Assembly (NCBI GenBank): GCA_027492205.1
Contig: JAOZFN010000016.1
Location: 1 to 64,000, forward strand
Direction: 5' to 3'
From: Thermoproteota archaeon
Lineage (GTDB): Archaea; Korarchaeota; Korarchaeia; Korarchaeales; Korarchaeaceae
DNA: 64,000 bases
The stretch's first letter is position 1; each line of letters begins with the position of its first letter. Shown here in pieces: positions 18,778 to 28,303 of the stretch. The notes under the pieces were generated by a model. The model saw only the letters and a list, made by a program, of their open reading frames with translations, searched no databases and was not told the origin of the DNA. The position numbers were made by a program, and so were the translations under genes.

Positions 18778-20160
18778 TTGGACGTGTTGGACCTGGCGGA
18801 GAGCGGTCCTCGCATGGAGGAGGGGGAATTTGATCTCAGGGTGGCCAAGCTGTCCAAGGAACTCGCTGATGAGTACGATATACGCTACGACCCAGAGCGA
18901 GTCGTGGTCGAGGACGACGGTCTGGCTGACGATGTGTTTGAGGCTGGCCTCAGGCTCGCCTCGGAGATCGGCATTTACTGCTCGAACACCAGTAGAGTCA
19001 TCAGGTTCTCCGAGGATCAGCTCTTAGATGGCCTGCTGAGCGCCCCCAGTTCCATTGCAATCGGCAAGGGAAGAGATGCGCGCGTTCTCTACGCTAGGAG
19101 AGTTGAGGACGTGAGGCGTCCGATAATATTGGGAGGCCAGCCCGGCGCCTCGATTCCTGAGGAGTGGTTCCTGCCCACTGCCCTCTCTTACATGAGGGAG
19201 CCCCTCGTTGACGCCTTGAACCACGGCAGGCTCGATACCGTGGGCGGCAGGAGGGTCAAGGCGCGCAGCCCGCTTGAAGCGATCGCCACTAGGCGAGAGC
19301 TCACTCTGCTCAGGGAGGCCGCCAGACGTGCTGGGAGACCTGGAATCCACCTGCTCGCCGGTGAGAGCAGCGTTACGTGCGTAGGGGCCCTCGCCGTAGC
19401 TTCAGAGAGGTACCTCAGGACCAGCGACGCTCACCTCATAGGAGTGATCTGCGAACTGAAGACAGACTACGACAGGCTGACCAAGGCGGCCTGCTTCGCG
19501 GACTACGGCGCGTTGAGCGTTACCCTCGCGGATCCGCTCATCGGAGGGTTCGCCGGAGGTCCAGAGGGGGCTGCCATCTGCGCAGTCGCGTCCCTCTTGC
19601 TTGGGAGGCTGGCCTACCAGTCTGCATATCACGTGTGCCACCCGAACCACATCAGAGTCGCCGGTACGAGCAACCCCGAGTGCCTCTGGGTCGCCTCCGC
19701 CGTGGGGCAGGCTATGGCCAAGCGAGCCCACACTCCCATCTTGGGGTCCGTCTGGACCGCGTCTGGTGCCGGCACTAAGGATATCTTCTACGAAGTTGCC
19801 GCTGCCACTGTGGCGAACATCGTCTCGGGCTCGCACCCGGCCGGGGTCTCATCTACGAGTGGGACCCTACCAAACGCCAGCGGCCTCGAAGCCAGGTTCA
19901 TGGCGGAGGTAGCGATTGCTGTAGCCAAGAGTGAATTGAGCCGATCCGAGGCCAACGAGATCGTGAGTACCCCGCTGAGGCGATACGTCCCAAGCCTAGG
20001 GGAGCCGAAGCTTGGACGTCCCTTCCCGGAGCTCTATGATCTTCGAACCGTGACTCCGAGGGAGTGGTGGCTCCAGCTATACCAAAAGATGAGGAAGGAG
20101 ATAAAGGAGCTCACGGGGCTCCCTCTGGAACCCATCGACTCTCGTTCGCCTGAGCCCTGA
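18778..20160 (+). CDS. mtmB: Monomethylamine:corrinoid methyltransferase MtmB homolog lacking pyrrolysine
   Basis: GIYCSNTSRVIRFSE, GKGRDA, PIILGGQPG, SPLE, AGRPG, ELKTD, GGFAGGPE, SGLEARFMAEVA and FPELYDLRTVTP all match MtmB; no in-frame TAG. Confidence 0.9.
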   Translation: MDVLDLAESGPRMEEGEFDLRVAKLSKELADEYDIRYDPERVVVEDDGLADDVFEAGLRLASEIGIYCSNTSRVIRFSEDQLLDGLLSAPSSIAIGKGRDARVLYARRVEDVRRPIILGGQPGASIPEEWFLPTALSYMREPLVDALNHGRLDTVGGRRVKARSPLEAIATRRELTLLREAARRAGRPGIHLLAGESSVTCVGALAVASERYLRTSDAHLIGVICELKTDYDRLTKAACFADYGALSVTLADPLIGGFAGGPEGAAICAVASLLLGRLAYQSAYHVCHPNHIRVAGTSNPECLWVASAVGQAMAKRAHTPILGSVWTASGAGTKDIFYEVAAATVANIVSGSHPAGVSSTSGTLPNASGLEARFMAEVAIAVAKSELSRSEANEIVSTPLRRYVPSLGEPKLGRPFPELYDLRTVTPREWWLQLYQKMRKEIKELTGLPLEPIDSRSPEP

Positions 20161-20165
20161 GTTCC

Positions 20166-21497
20166 TCACAGTCCCTTCCACAGTCTCATGGCCTGCTCGC
20201 TAGCCTTCTCGCGAACCTCCTCCTCATCTACCGTTAGGACTCTCCCGCCTCTCACGACCACCTTGCCGTCCACTATGACGTCCCTCACGCGGGATCCGTC
20301 TGCGAATGTCACCAGGTGCGCCAGGACGTTCTCTGGAGTGAGTGGAGTGGGCGGCCTGTAGTCCAGCACCACGATGTCGGCCTTCTTCCCAGGCTCTATG
20401 GAACCTATCTCCCTCTCCATGCCGATGGCCCTGGCGTTGTTGACCGTGGCCATCTCGAACACCACGTCAGCCGGCATCACGGTCGGGTCCTGGAGCCTCC
20501 CCTTGTGGATGAGGAAGGTCGCCCTCATGACCTCGAACTCGTCGGTAACGTAGCCGTCAGTCCCTAGACCGACCGTGAGACCAGCTTCAAGCATCTCGGG
20601 GACCCTCGCTATTCCTCCTCCGACCTCGCAGTTGCTCAGAGGCTCGTGGCTTACCTTAACGTCTCTCCTCCTCATGATCTCTACCTCTTCGGGCCTCGTG
20701 TGTACGCACTGCGCCGCCAAGATGTCGGGACCCAGGAAGCCTATCTCCTCGTAGAGCTGAATGGGGAGCTTCCTGTACTTCACTAGCGCGTGCATGGTCT
20801 CGTAGGCTCCCTCCTCGAGGTGAAGGTGGATCCCGCTGCCCACCTCCGTCGCTATCCTCCTGACCTCCCTCAGGAAGTCTGGCTCGCACGTGAAGGTCGT
20901 GTGAACGCACATCATCCCCCTGATGAGTCCTTCCTGAGCGTTGTGCTTCCTGACGAACTGCTCGTTCTCTTTTACTCCGAGCCAGGCGTTGTCGTCGCTT
21001 ACTCTCTGGGTCGCCTCAAACGACAGGATCGCTCTGAGACCCAGCTTCTCGATCGCCTCTGCTTCTACATCAAGCGCGCCGGGGATTGCGTTTGGAGCCT
21101 CCAGTATGTCGGCCACGCACGTGGTTCCGTTCTTCAGGGCTTCCAGGCCGGACGCTAGGGCCCCCACTCTTATCATCTCCTTGTCCAGCCTGTCCTCGAC
21201 CATGGGCCACCAGAAGTCCTCCAAGAATCCAATGAAGGACTTTGGAGCCTCTTTTATCGGCATTCCCCTCGTGAGGATCCCGTACAGGTGCCTGTGAGAG
21301 TCTATGAGGCCAGGGATCACCACCTTGTCGGTGGCGTCGACCTCGTCATCGAAGCTGAAGGACTCCCTGATCTCACTCGCGGTCCCCACCTTGACGATCC
21401 TGTCTCCCTCGATGTAGATGCCGCCGTCCTCAATCACATTCCTGCCGGGATTCATCGTTACGACCAGCCCGTGAAGCACGGCGAGAGACCTCGGCAA
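20166..21497 (-). CDS. Amidohydrolase (SsnA/MtaD-like deaminase)
   Basis: PGLIDSHRHLY, HLHLEEG, GLGTDG and GKKADI motifs; GGTGA RBS before TTG 21497. Confidence 0.9.
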   Translation of the reverse strand: MPRSLAVLHGLVVTMNPGRNVIEDGGIYIEGDRIVKVGTASEIRESFSFDDEVDATDKVVIPGLIDSHRHLYGILTRGMPIKEAPKSFIGFLEDFWWPMVEDRLDKEMIRVGALASGLEALKNGTTCVADILEAPNAIPGALDVEAEAIEKLGLRAILSFEATQRVSDDNAWLGVKENEQFVRKHNAQEGLIRGMMCVHTTFTCEPDFLREVRRIATEVGSGIHLHLEEGAYETMHALVKYRKLPIQLYEEIGFLGPDILAAQCVHTRPEEVEIMRRRDVKVSHEPLSNCEVGGGIARVPEMLEAGLTVGLGTDGYVTDEFEVMRATFLIHKGRLQDPTVMPADVVFEMATVNNARAIGMEREIGSIEPGKKADIVVLDYRPPTPLTPENVLAHLVTFADGSRVRDVIVDGKVVVRGGRVLTVDEEEVREKASEQAMRLWKGL

Positions 21498-21702
21498 AGT
21501 CTCACCGCGATCGCGATAGATCCCCAAATGATAAACTCCAGCTAAGGCGTTGAAACGTCGGTTCACGGGTCTCACTAAGAGGGGAGCGCGCAGGCGCGGA
21601 GCTGGCGTTGCCAGGCGAATCCACGAGGGGGATCTCGCTCTTCAAGGGAGAACTTAGATCAACTGGAGAGGTTCACGCACCGCTCTCGCGATCCTCGTAG
21701 AG

Positions 21703-21912
21703 CTAGGGAGACGAGAGGTAGGCCCACAGGCCCAGCAGGGCGGTCAGCAGGGCGAGGACTAGGTGCGTCAACCTCAGGTATGGGGCGACTCTGCGGATCA
21801 CCCTGATCTTTGACGCAAGCATCAGAGCCAGCCCGGTGAAGACTACCGCCGCTCCGTACCACAGGGCGACCTTCCCTAGGGTGCAGTGGTCCACGACCAC
21901 AGTCCAGCTCAA
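21703..21912 (-). CDS. Small two-TM membrane protein
   Basis: 69 aa, two hydrophobic helices each with a His nearby; 4-nt overlap with the upstream nitroreductase gene. Confidence 0.65.
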   Translation of the reverse strand: MSWTVVVDHCTLGKVALWYGAAVVFTGLALMLASKIRVIRRVAPYLRLTHLVLALLTALLGLWAYLSSP

Positions 21913-22640
21913 GGCCCGACCCTCCCTACCGGGAATATGTAGAGCGGGCTCAGCTCCACCCGAAGGATCTCCGCAACATCGCCGTCGTGAAACGCGCCGA
22001 CCGCTACCATCCCGAGGTCCATAGCGGTCGCCTGCAGGTAGATGTTCTCCCCCACGTGCCCGGCCTCCATGTGGACGTACCTGACTCCCCTCTCTCCGTA
22101 GACGCGTGTGGTCCTCGAGTAGTCGGCGGCGATCACGAGGCAGACGGGCGCCTCCCTAACCCAGGCCTGGCCGAGGGCGGCCTCAGCAAGCTCCTGGGAG
22201 AAGTCGCCCCTCCTGACCAGCCTGAGCGCGTGGTGCTCTGGGAGGTACTCGTAGATCCCCGGCTCGAGGCCCAAGACCCCGCCCTCACTCACCGCGGCGA
22301 ACACCGTCAGTGGGTAGGTGGCCCCGGCGCTGGGGGCCGACCTGAACCCTCTGGCTGGATCTGTGATGCCCTGGGCCGCCCACAGGAGCTGAGAGAGCTC
22401 CTGCAGCGTGAGGGGGGAGTTCGCGTAGGATCTTATCGACCTCCTAGACGCGATGGCCTCCTCCACGCTTACCTCTCCCTCTAGCCTGGGCGCTGGCAGC
22501 TGGATCGTCCCCTCCACCGCCGCCACGGGCCCGGGGACCCTGACCACCCTCACGGCTCCTGTGAGGAGGAGGGCGCCCGTCGTGAGAATCACGAGGGCCA
22601 GGGTCAGGGGTATCGAATACCTCAGAGGTGGGTGCGCCAC
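21909..22640 (-). CDS. SagB/ThcOx-type nitroreductase-fold FMN protein with N-terminal anchor
   Basis: RRSIRSY, LSQLLWAAQG, RSAPSAGATYP, YGERGVRY and MEAGHVGEN motifs. Confidence 0.9.
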   Translation of the reverse strand: MAHPPLRYSIPLTLALVILTTGALLLTGAVRVVRVPGPVAAVEGTIQLPAPRLEGEVSVEEAIASRRSIRSYANSPLTLQELSQLLWAAQGITDPARGFRSAPSAGATYPLTVFAAVSEGGVLGLEPGIYEYLPEHHALRLVRRGDFSQELAEAALGQAWVREAPVCLVIAADYSRTTRVYGERGVRYVHMEAGHVGENIYLQATAMDLGMVAVGAFHDGDVAEILRVELSPLYIFPVGRVGP

Positions 22641-22763
22641 GCGCCTAGGGTACCGCAGAACAATTGAAGCTAACGCCCAGGTAACTCGGAAGCGTTTGAA
22701 CGGTCCGGTAGCGGGCGCCGCCCCTTGCGAGGGGGGATCGGGAGAAAAAGTTTTAGGGGGAGG

Positions 22764-23864
22764 TCAAGCCTCCCTGAACCTGTCCCTCAGCTTCTCGAGG
22801 ACTTGGGGCAGGGTCGTGTACTCCATCTCCTCCGGCCCCAGCCTGTGGGGCATGAAGGGGCCGTGCCTCCTCATGTAGTCCGCTATCTCGTTCGCGAGCC
22901 TCCTGGCCCTCTCGAACGCCACGTCCGCAAACAGGTCGCTGGGGCCGATCAGCTTCGAGTCCTTGACGTTGAACCCCAGGGCGACGACCCTCGGCGGGCC
23001 GTCGAACCTGCTGGGCCTGGCGTCGGCCTCGCCCACCGGCATGAGCGGCCCGTTGTGGGAGCCCCTCATCCACCCCGCCACCAGGTGCGGGAACGCGAAG
23101 GGCTCCAAGACCTCTCCCAGTGCCGGGAACTTGCTCTGGGCCCTGACTATGGCCACCGGATCGTCCTTGCCCACGTACTTCCCGGCGATCAGGTTCAGCC
23201 TGGTGGTGCTCACCGTCGCGGCCACGTCCCTCGGCTCCTCCCTGGTGTAGACCCTCCTGATCACGTACCTCTCCGGCGAACCTATGAGGGCCAGGAGGTC
23301 GTACATCTCCTCCGGAGTGCTGAGCTCGACGACCTTGCCCTCGTGAACGTCCATGACCTCGAAGGTGAAGCCCCTGTGGAGCTTGGGCGCTATCACGAGG
23401 CCGGCCGTGTTGAAGGGATCGGCGAACATCCTGAACACGGGGAGATTGAAGGCCCCGGGCTCTGTCTTGTCGGCCATGAACACGACCACCGGCTCGGCCG
23501 GCCTCTCCTCGATCTCGATCTCGGCGTAGCCAGGGCCCATCCCCCTGAGGTTGCCCGAGAAGGCGTCGCTGAGGAGGTCCTGCCCGGCCCCGTAGAGGCC
23601 CAGGCCCCTCGCCACGTCCGCAGCCCTCTTGAAGGTCTCCCAGGCGAGGGTGTGGATCTCCTCGCTCTCCTCACCCTTTCTGTGGGTCATTATCAGTTGC
23701 AGGTCGTCCCCCACTCTGGTGACGTAGAAGTCTTCGATGAGCCCCTCCCTCTTGGCCTTCGCCAGCTCCTGCCTGGCCACATCCAGCAGCTGAGGAGGGG
23801 CGACGTGGTGACCCGCCAGGCTCCCTATGTCCGCCTTGATGACGGACAGCGTCGTCCTTACCAT
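22764..23864 (-). CDS. fbp: Bifunctional fructose-1,6-bisphosphate aldolase/phosphatase
   Basis: SVIKADIGS, GDD, LYGAGQDLL, DKTEPGAFN, AGKYVGKDDP, GWMRGSH and EMEYTT motifs. Confidence 0.97.
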   Translation of the reverse strand: MVRTTLSVIKADIGSLAGHHVAPPQLLDVARQELAKAKREGLIEDFYVTRVGDDLQLIMTHRKGEESEEIHTLAWETFKRAADVARGLGLYGAGQDLLSDAFSGNLRGMGPGYAEIEIEERPAEPVVVFMADKTEPGAFNLPVFRMFADPFNTAGLVIAPKLHRGFTFEVMDVHEGKVVELSTPEEMYDLLALIGSPERYVIRRVYTREEPRDVAATVSTTRLNLIAGKYVGKDDPVAIVRAQSKFPALGEVLEPFAFPHLVAGWMRGSHNGPLMPVGEADARPSRFDGPPRVVALGFNVKDSKLIGPSDLFADVAFERARRLANEIADYMRRHGPFMPHRLGPEEMEYTTLPQVLEKLRDRFREA

Positions 23865-24107
23865 GGACATCACCGGGGGCGTCAGGCTGCGGCACGGACT
23901 AAATGTTTTTGACCCCCAGCTGAGGCGACTCGGAGATCGCGGTCGATTGCCCGCGGGGCTCAGCCCGCGGTGGAACAGGCCGAAGTTTCCTGAGGCCCCA
24001 CAGGGCGGGCTGGGGCCTCAAGGGGGCCGATGGGTTCGACAAAAGCTTGCCGTCGGGGAAGAATGTTTAATAGGGCCGGAGGCCAAATGCTTGGGGTGTG
24101 AGGCGTT

Positions 24108-25439
24108 TTGTCTGAAAAGTTTGAACCTTATCCAAGCTTCATAAAGAAAGACTACGTGCCGAACCCCGACGAAGACGTGATCGTCTCGTTCAGGGTGAAG
24201 CCGGCAAAGGGATTCACCGTCGAGGACGCGGCCGGGGCTGTGGCGGCGGAGAGCAGCGTAGGGACATGGACGACGCTCTACAGCTGGTACGACCAGGGCA
24301 GGATCGACAGGCTCATGGGAAAGGCCTACTCCTTCAAGGACCTCGGCGACGGGTCCTACATCGTCAGGGTGGCCTACCCCGTGGAGCTCTTCGAGAGGGG
24401 GAACATGCCGGGCCTGCTCGCGTCGGTCGCGGGCAACGTGCTAGGCATGAAGAGGGTTGACGGGCTGCGCGTGGAGGACATCTACCTCCCGGAGGCGTTC
24501 CTCAGGGACTTCAAGGGACCCGGCAGGGGGATCGGCGGGGTCCGGGAGATATTCGGGGTCTACGACAGGCCGATCGTCGGGACGGTGCCGAAGCCCAAGG
24601 TTGGCTACACCCCGGACGAGGTGGGGAGGCTCGCCTACGAGATACTCAGCGGCGGGATGGACTACATCAAGGACGACGAGAACCTGACGGATCCAAGCTA
24701 CTGCAGGTTCGAGGAGAGGGCGAGGGCGATAATGAAGGTCATAGAGAGGGTGGAGAGTGAGACCGGCGAGAGGAAGGTTTGGTTCGCCAACATAACGTCT
24801 GACGTGAGGGAGATGAAGAAGAGGCTCGAGCTAGTGGCGGACCTCGGGAACCCCTTCGTCATGGTGGACGTGGTGGTGGCGGGCTGGTCATCCGTCACCC
24901 ACTTGAGGGACTTGGCCGAGGAGTACGGGGTCGCGATACACGCCCACCGGGCGATGCACTCCGCGTTCACACGGAACCCCTACCACGGCATCTCCATGTA
25001 CGTCCTCGCGAAGCTCTACCGGATAATAGGCGTGGACCAGATCCACGTCGGCACCCCGGGCGTCGGCAAGCTGGAGGCCGAGGCCAGGGAGGTGATCAGG
25101 TACGCCGCCATACTGCGGGAGGAGCACTTCAGGCCGGACCCGGACGACGACTTCCACCTAGAGCAGAGGATGTACCACATAAAGCCCGCCTTCCCGGTCT
25201 CGTCTGGGGGCCTGCACCCCGGCACCCTGCCGGACGTGGTCGGGGCCCTTGGGAGGGACCTCGTCATACAGGTCGGGGGCGGGGTGATCGGACACCCCGA
25301 CGGCCCCAGGGCCGGGGCGATGGCCGTGAGGCAGGCCCTCGACGCGATATCTGAGGGGGTTCGGCTGGACGAGTACGCGGAGACCCACAGGGAACTCAGG
25401 AGGGCCCTGGAGAAGTGGGGGTTCGTCAGGCCGATCTGA
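24108..25439 (+). CDS. rbcL: RuBisCO form III large subunit
   Basis: AAESSVGTW, AGN, KPKVG, DYIKDDE, HAHRAMH, HVGT..VGKLE, SSGGLH and QVGGG; catalytic residues present. Confidence 0.97.
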   Translation: MSEKFEPYPSFIKKDYVPNPDEDVIVSFRVKPAKGFTVEDAAGAVAAESSVGTWTTLYSWYDQGRIDRLMGKAYSFKDLGDGSYIVRVAYPVELFERGNMPGLLASVAGNVLGMKRVDGLRVEDIYLPEAFLRDFKGPGRGIGGVREIFGVYDRPIVGTVPKPKVGYTPDEVGRLAYEILSGGMDYIKDDENLTDPSYCRFEERARAIMKVIERVESETGERKVWFANITSDVREMKKRLELVADLGNPFVMVDVVVAGWSSVTHLRDLAEEYGVAIHAHRAMHSAFTRNPYHGISMYVLAKLYRIIGVDQIHVGTPGVGKLEAEAREVIRYAAILREEHFRPDPDDDFHLEQRMYHIKPAFPVSSGGLHPGTLPDVVGALGRDLVIQVGGGVIGHPDGPRAGAMAVRQALDAISEGVRLDEYAETHRELRRALEKWGFVRPI

Positions 25440-25906
25440 GGCCCATACTCCCTCCACCTCACCTTTTGGATCGCCCCTTCGCGCTCAGCGAGGCACCGGC
25501 CAGGGGTCGCCGCTCCTCTTGGGAGATCCCGCCAGGGACTGGCTGCGGCCAGGGACGAACGGCTCTCAGCGCTTGGCCCTGGGTTCTGGGGTCCTTCTCC
25601 TATCTACCCCCCACCCCCCAGCCTGCTGAACCTGAAGAAGGCGTCGGAAAAAGGGTTAGCCTCGTGCAGCCGTCTGGAGCCATCCGAACGGCCACACTAA
25701 GGGCTGGAGACACAACGATCCTGGCTGGGGGTCCCAAGGGAGCTGCCCCTATAAGCAGATCAGGGGTCGCCGTCCGATTTGCCCCGGGTGAGATTCGTCT
25801 GTCTGGTAGAAAGACCGAAGAGGCAATATTCTAAAGTCGGCGCTGGGGCAAACTCAGAATGTTAACGTACGAGGCCCTTCGGAAGAGCAGAGAAAAAACA
25901 GGTTCG

Positions 25907-26347
25907 TCAAAGCTCCTCGAGGTTTAAGAAAGGAATCCCCAGCCTTGAGTATATCTCGTCCGCCGAGAGCAGGGGCGTCCTCCTCCTCTTCGCCGCAGCA
26001 GCGTGGATTGAGTCGAAGAAGCCGAGTTCCTCGTGCTCCTGCCTGAGCCGCTCGGCGATCACGATGTCTTCGAGGCTGACCTCTACGCACTCCCTCACCC
26101 CCGCGTCGGCGAGCTCGGCTAAGGCCAGCCCGGCGGCCTCTGCCACCGCCCCTGGCCCTAGCCCGTGCGAGTAGAGCACGACCCTGAACTCCACCACGGC
26201 ACTGGAGAGGAGGGAGAGATTTATCTCCCCGCTCCTGTGGAGCCTGAGCGCCTTGGATACCTTGTCGTGGACCCTGTCGCCCTCCCTCAGGCCGAACAGG
26301 AAGTCGGTCTCGACTAGGAACTTCCTCTCGCCTCCCTCATCAGCCAC
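25907..26347 (-). CDS. vapC: PIN-domain (VapC) toxin
   Basis: LVETDFL, E in SAVVEF, FFDSIHAAAA and LLSAD. Confidence 0.85.
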   Translation of the reverse strand: MADEGGERKFLVETDFLFGLREGDRVHDKVSKALRLHRSGEINLSLLSSAVVEFRVVLYSHGLGPGAVAEAAGLALAELADAGVRECVEVSLEDIVIAERLRQEHEELGFFDSIHAAAAKRRRTPLLSADEIYSRLGIPFLNLEEL

Positions 26348-26571
26348 CTCTCCGCCCTCCTCCTCGCGTCTCTGTTGAACTCTATGCCCCTGAGGAGCTC
26401 TGAGAGCCTCTCCTCCGGGCGCTCAGGGAGCCTCCTTATTATCAACTCGTCTCCCGCCGGAATCACGAGGAGCCTGTCGCCCTTCCTCACGGGAAAGGAC
26501 CTCCTCACCTCGGCCCTCAGGGCGATCCTGTGGCGGTCGTCTACCACTACTACGGACACCTTTTCTCCCAC
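26314..26571 (-). CDS. AbrB/MazE-type antitoxin
   Basis: VDDRHRIALRAEVR...KGDRL AbrB pattern; overlaps the PIN gene. Confidence 0.85.
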   Translation of the reverse strand: MGEKVSVVVVDDRHRIALRAEVRRSFPVRKGDRLLVIPAGDELIIRRLPERPEERLSELLRGIEFNRDARRRAERWLMREARGSS

Positions 26572-27621
26572 GGAATTCGCGGTTCATCCCACAAATAAAA
26601 GCAATTGTGGGTTGAATGAGGGCCCGTTCAGGCGTCGAGGACACGCTTAAGCCGACTCTCAGGCGGAACCCCCAGAGCCCATCGAGGTGATGGGGGGCTG
26701 CCGTTGGGCGCCTCTCGGTCGTGCCCGAGGTAGTCGGAGATCACGACACACCAGGCCCCACGACCGCGATGCGGCGAACGGCGCTCGCGCGATGCTGGGC
26801 ACGCCCCACTCGGGCGCGGCTCACCCCCATCCCGGGGCCCGCGTTGGCGCGACCTCCTCGGCGTCTGAAACGTGGTCCACGAGCCAGACTAGGCGCGTGA
26901 AGGCCATCCTCCCACCAACCTTCGTGGGGAGCCTCTCCCCGAGTCTCCACTCTCGGATCGTGACGCTTATTGATTTCTCGGTGATCCTCTCGCCGAACGC
27001 CAGAACACGGACGCCGTAGAGGTCTATTACATCCTCGACCGCGCCTCTCCTCGGCGCGGCTTGACTCTCCAAGATCTCACCGCCATCTCCCCCGATGCGG
27101 TCTAAAATTCACTCGAGACGCTTCATCACCCGGACGCAGCTTGACCGGTCCGGCGGCCTCAGCGCCCTCCCACCCAGGGGGGTCGCAAACAACCTGAGAG
27201 CGTTCCTAAAGACGGAGAAGAGGAACCCGTCGACCCCCCTCATCAGCCTCCCCTGTTTTCTCAGGCCTGCCCGCGCCGTCAGCCCGTGGCCGGGCGATAG
27301 CCTGACCAGCTGAAAGTTCCTCCGAATGGGGGACTCGGCGTCGCCAGGAGCCATGACCTCTTCTACCGAATCCCACGAAGTGGGGAGCGCGGAGGTACAC
27401 CCTAGCTCCTCGCTCAGGGGCGTATCAGAACTTCCCATATTGGCCGCTCATGACTGCCGGAGATCCTGAGTTCCCACGTCTTGAGTCCCCGTGGTGCCTC
27501 TGAGGAGGTCTGGATCTGGATAGGACGTCACTCGACGAGTGGGCTCGTAGACCGCGGTTCCGACTCCCCGCCCACGGGCTATCCTTTTTATTTACAGTTT
27601 CATAATTTTCTCCTGATATCC

Positions 27622-27942
27622 ATGGGGACGATAACGGTCGTGCTGCCAGACGACCTGATAGAGAGGCTCAGAGCCCACCTGAGGCAGTCAGGCGCCAGGA
27701 AGGGGGACCTGTCTAGGTTCGTGGCTTCGGCCATTGAGAGGGCGCTGAGAGAGGCCCAGAAGGCCGAGCGGACCTTCGTGGCGGTGAAGAACGGGAGAGA
27801 GGTCGCCAGGGCCGGGAGCCTCGCGGAGCTGGCCGAGAGGCTCAGGGCCGTGGGGATCGACCCGGAGAGCGTGAGGATCAGGATGGTCCCCCCACCCTCC
27901 AGGCTCGCCAGGGCGGGGGCGAGGGCCTTTGAGCGTCGCTGA
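27622..27942 (+). CDS. Ribbon-helix-helix protein with C-terminal DUF5678-like domain
   Basis: MGTITVVLPDDL...LSRFVASAIERAL (RHH), then FVAVKNGREVARAGSLAELAERL; AT-rich promoter at ~27585-27610. Confidence 0.7.
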   Translation: MGTITVVLPDDLIERLRAHLRQSGARKGDLSRFVASAIERALREAQKAERTFVAVKNGREVARAGSLAELAERLRAVGIDPESVRIRMVPPPSRLARAGARAFERR

Positions 27943-28303
27943 GGGCGTGCCCACCCTGCCCGTGAGGCTGGCAAACCCCCTCCTCGGGGTCGTCTATCCA
28001 GAGGGCGGCTGGCTGGAGGCCCTAGTGGACACGGGATACGAGGGCTTCGTCTCGGTTCCGAGGAGCGTGTTCGAGGCCCTCAGGTTGCGGGTGGACGAGG
28101 AGCGACGCCTGGTGCTGGCCGACGGCCGTGTGGTCAGGTCGCTCGGGGGATACGGCTCCCTCCTCTCGGGCGACTACGGGGCGGACGGTCTGATCGAGAC
28201 CTACGAGGGGCTCGGGGAGGTCCTCGTGGGAGTGGACGCGCTCAGACTCGCCAGGCTGGAGGTGGACTTCTGCCTCGGTGTAGTGAGGGTAAAGAGGTGC
28301 TGA
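27929..28303 (+). CDS. Clan AA (retropepsin-like) aspartic protease
   Basis: ALVDTGYEG catalytic motif, LADG flap, VLVGVDAL. Confidence 0.85.
   Translation: MSVAEGVPTLPVRLANPLLGVVYPEGGWLEALVDTGYEGFVSVPRSVFEALRLRVDEERRLVLADGRVVRSLGGYGSLLSGDYGADGLIETYEGLGEVLVGVDALRLARLEVDFCLGVVRVKRC

Noticed and set aside
18778-20160. Pyrrolysine (UAG) readthrough, or evidence of methanogenesis
   Set aside because: The ORF has no in-frame TAG, and no pyl, mcr or mtbA genes are in the window.
21703-22640. Azole-containing RiPP cluster around the SagB-like gene
   Set aside because: There is no YcaO or precursor peptide, and the adjacent small ORF is a membrane protein.
24108-25439. RuBisCO-like protein (form IV)
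   Set aside because: All catalytic motifs, including KDDE, HRAMH and the loop-6 Lys, are present, which fits true form III.
27540-27585. tRNA 3'-like sequence (possible att site)
   Set aside because: The T-loop is imperfect, there is no acceptor stem and no second copy was found.
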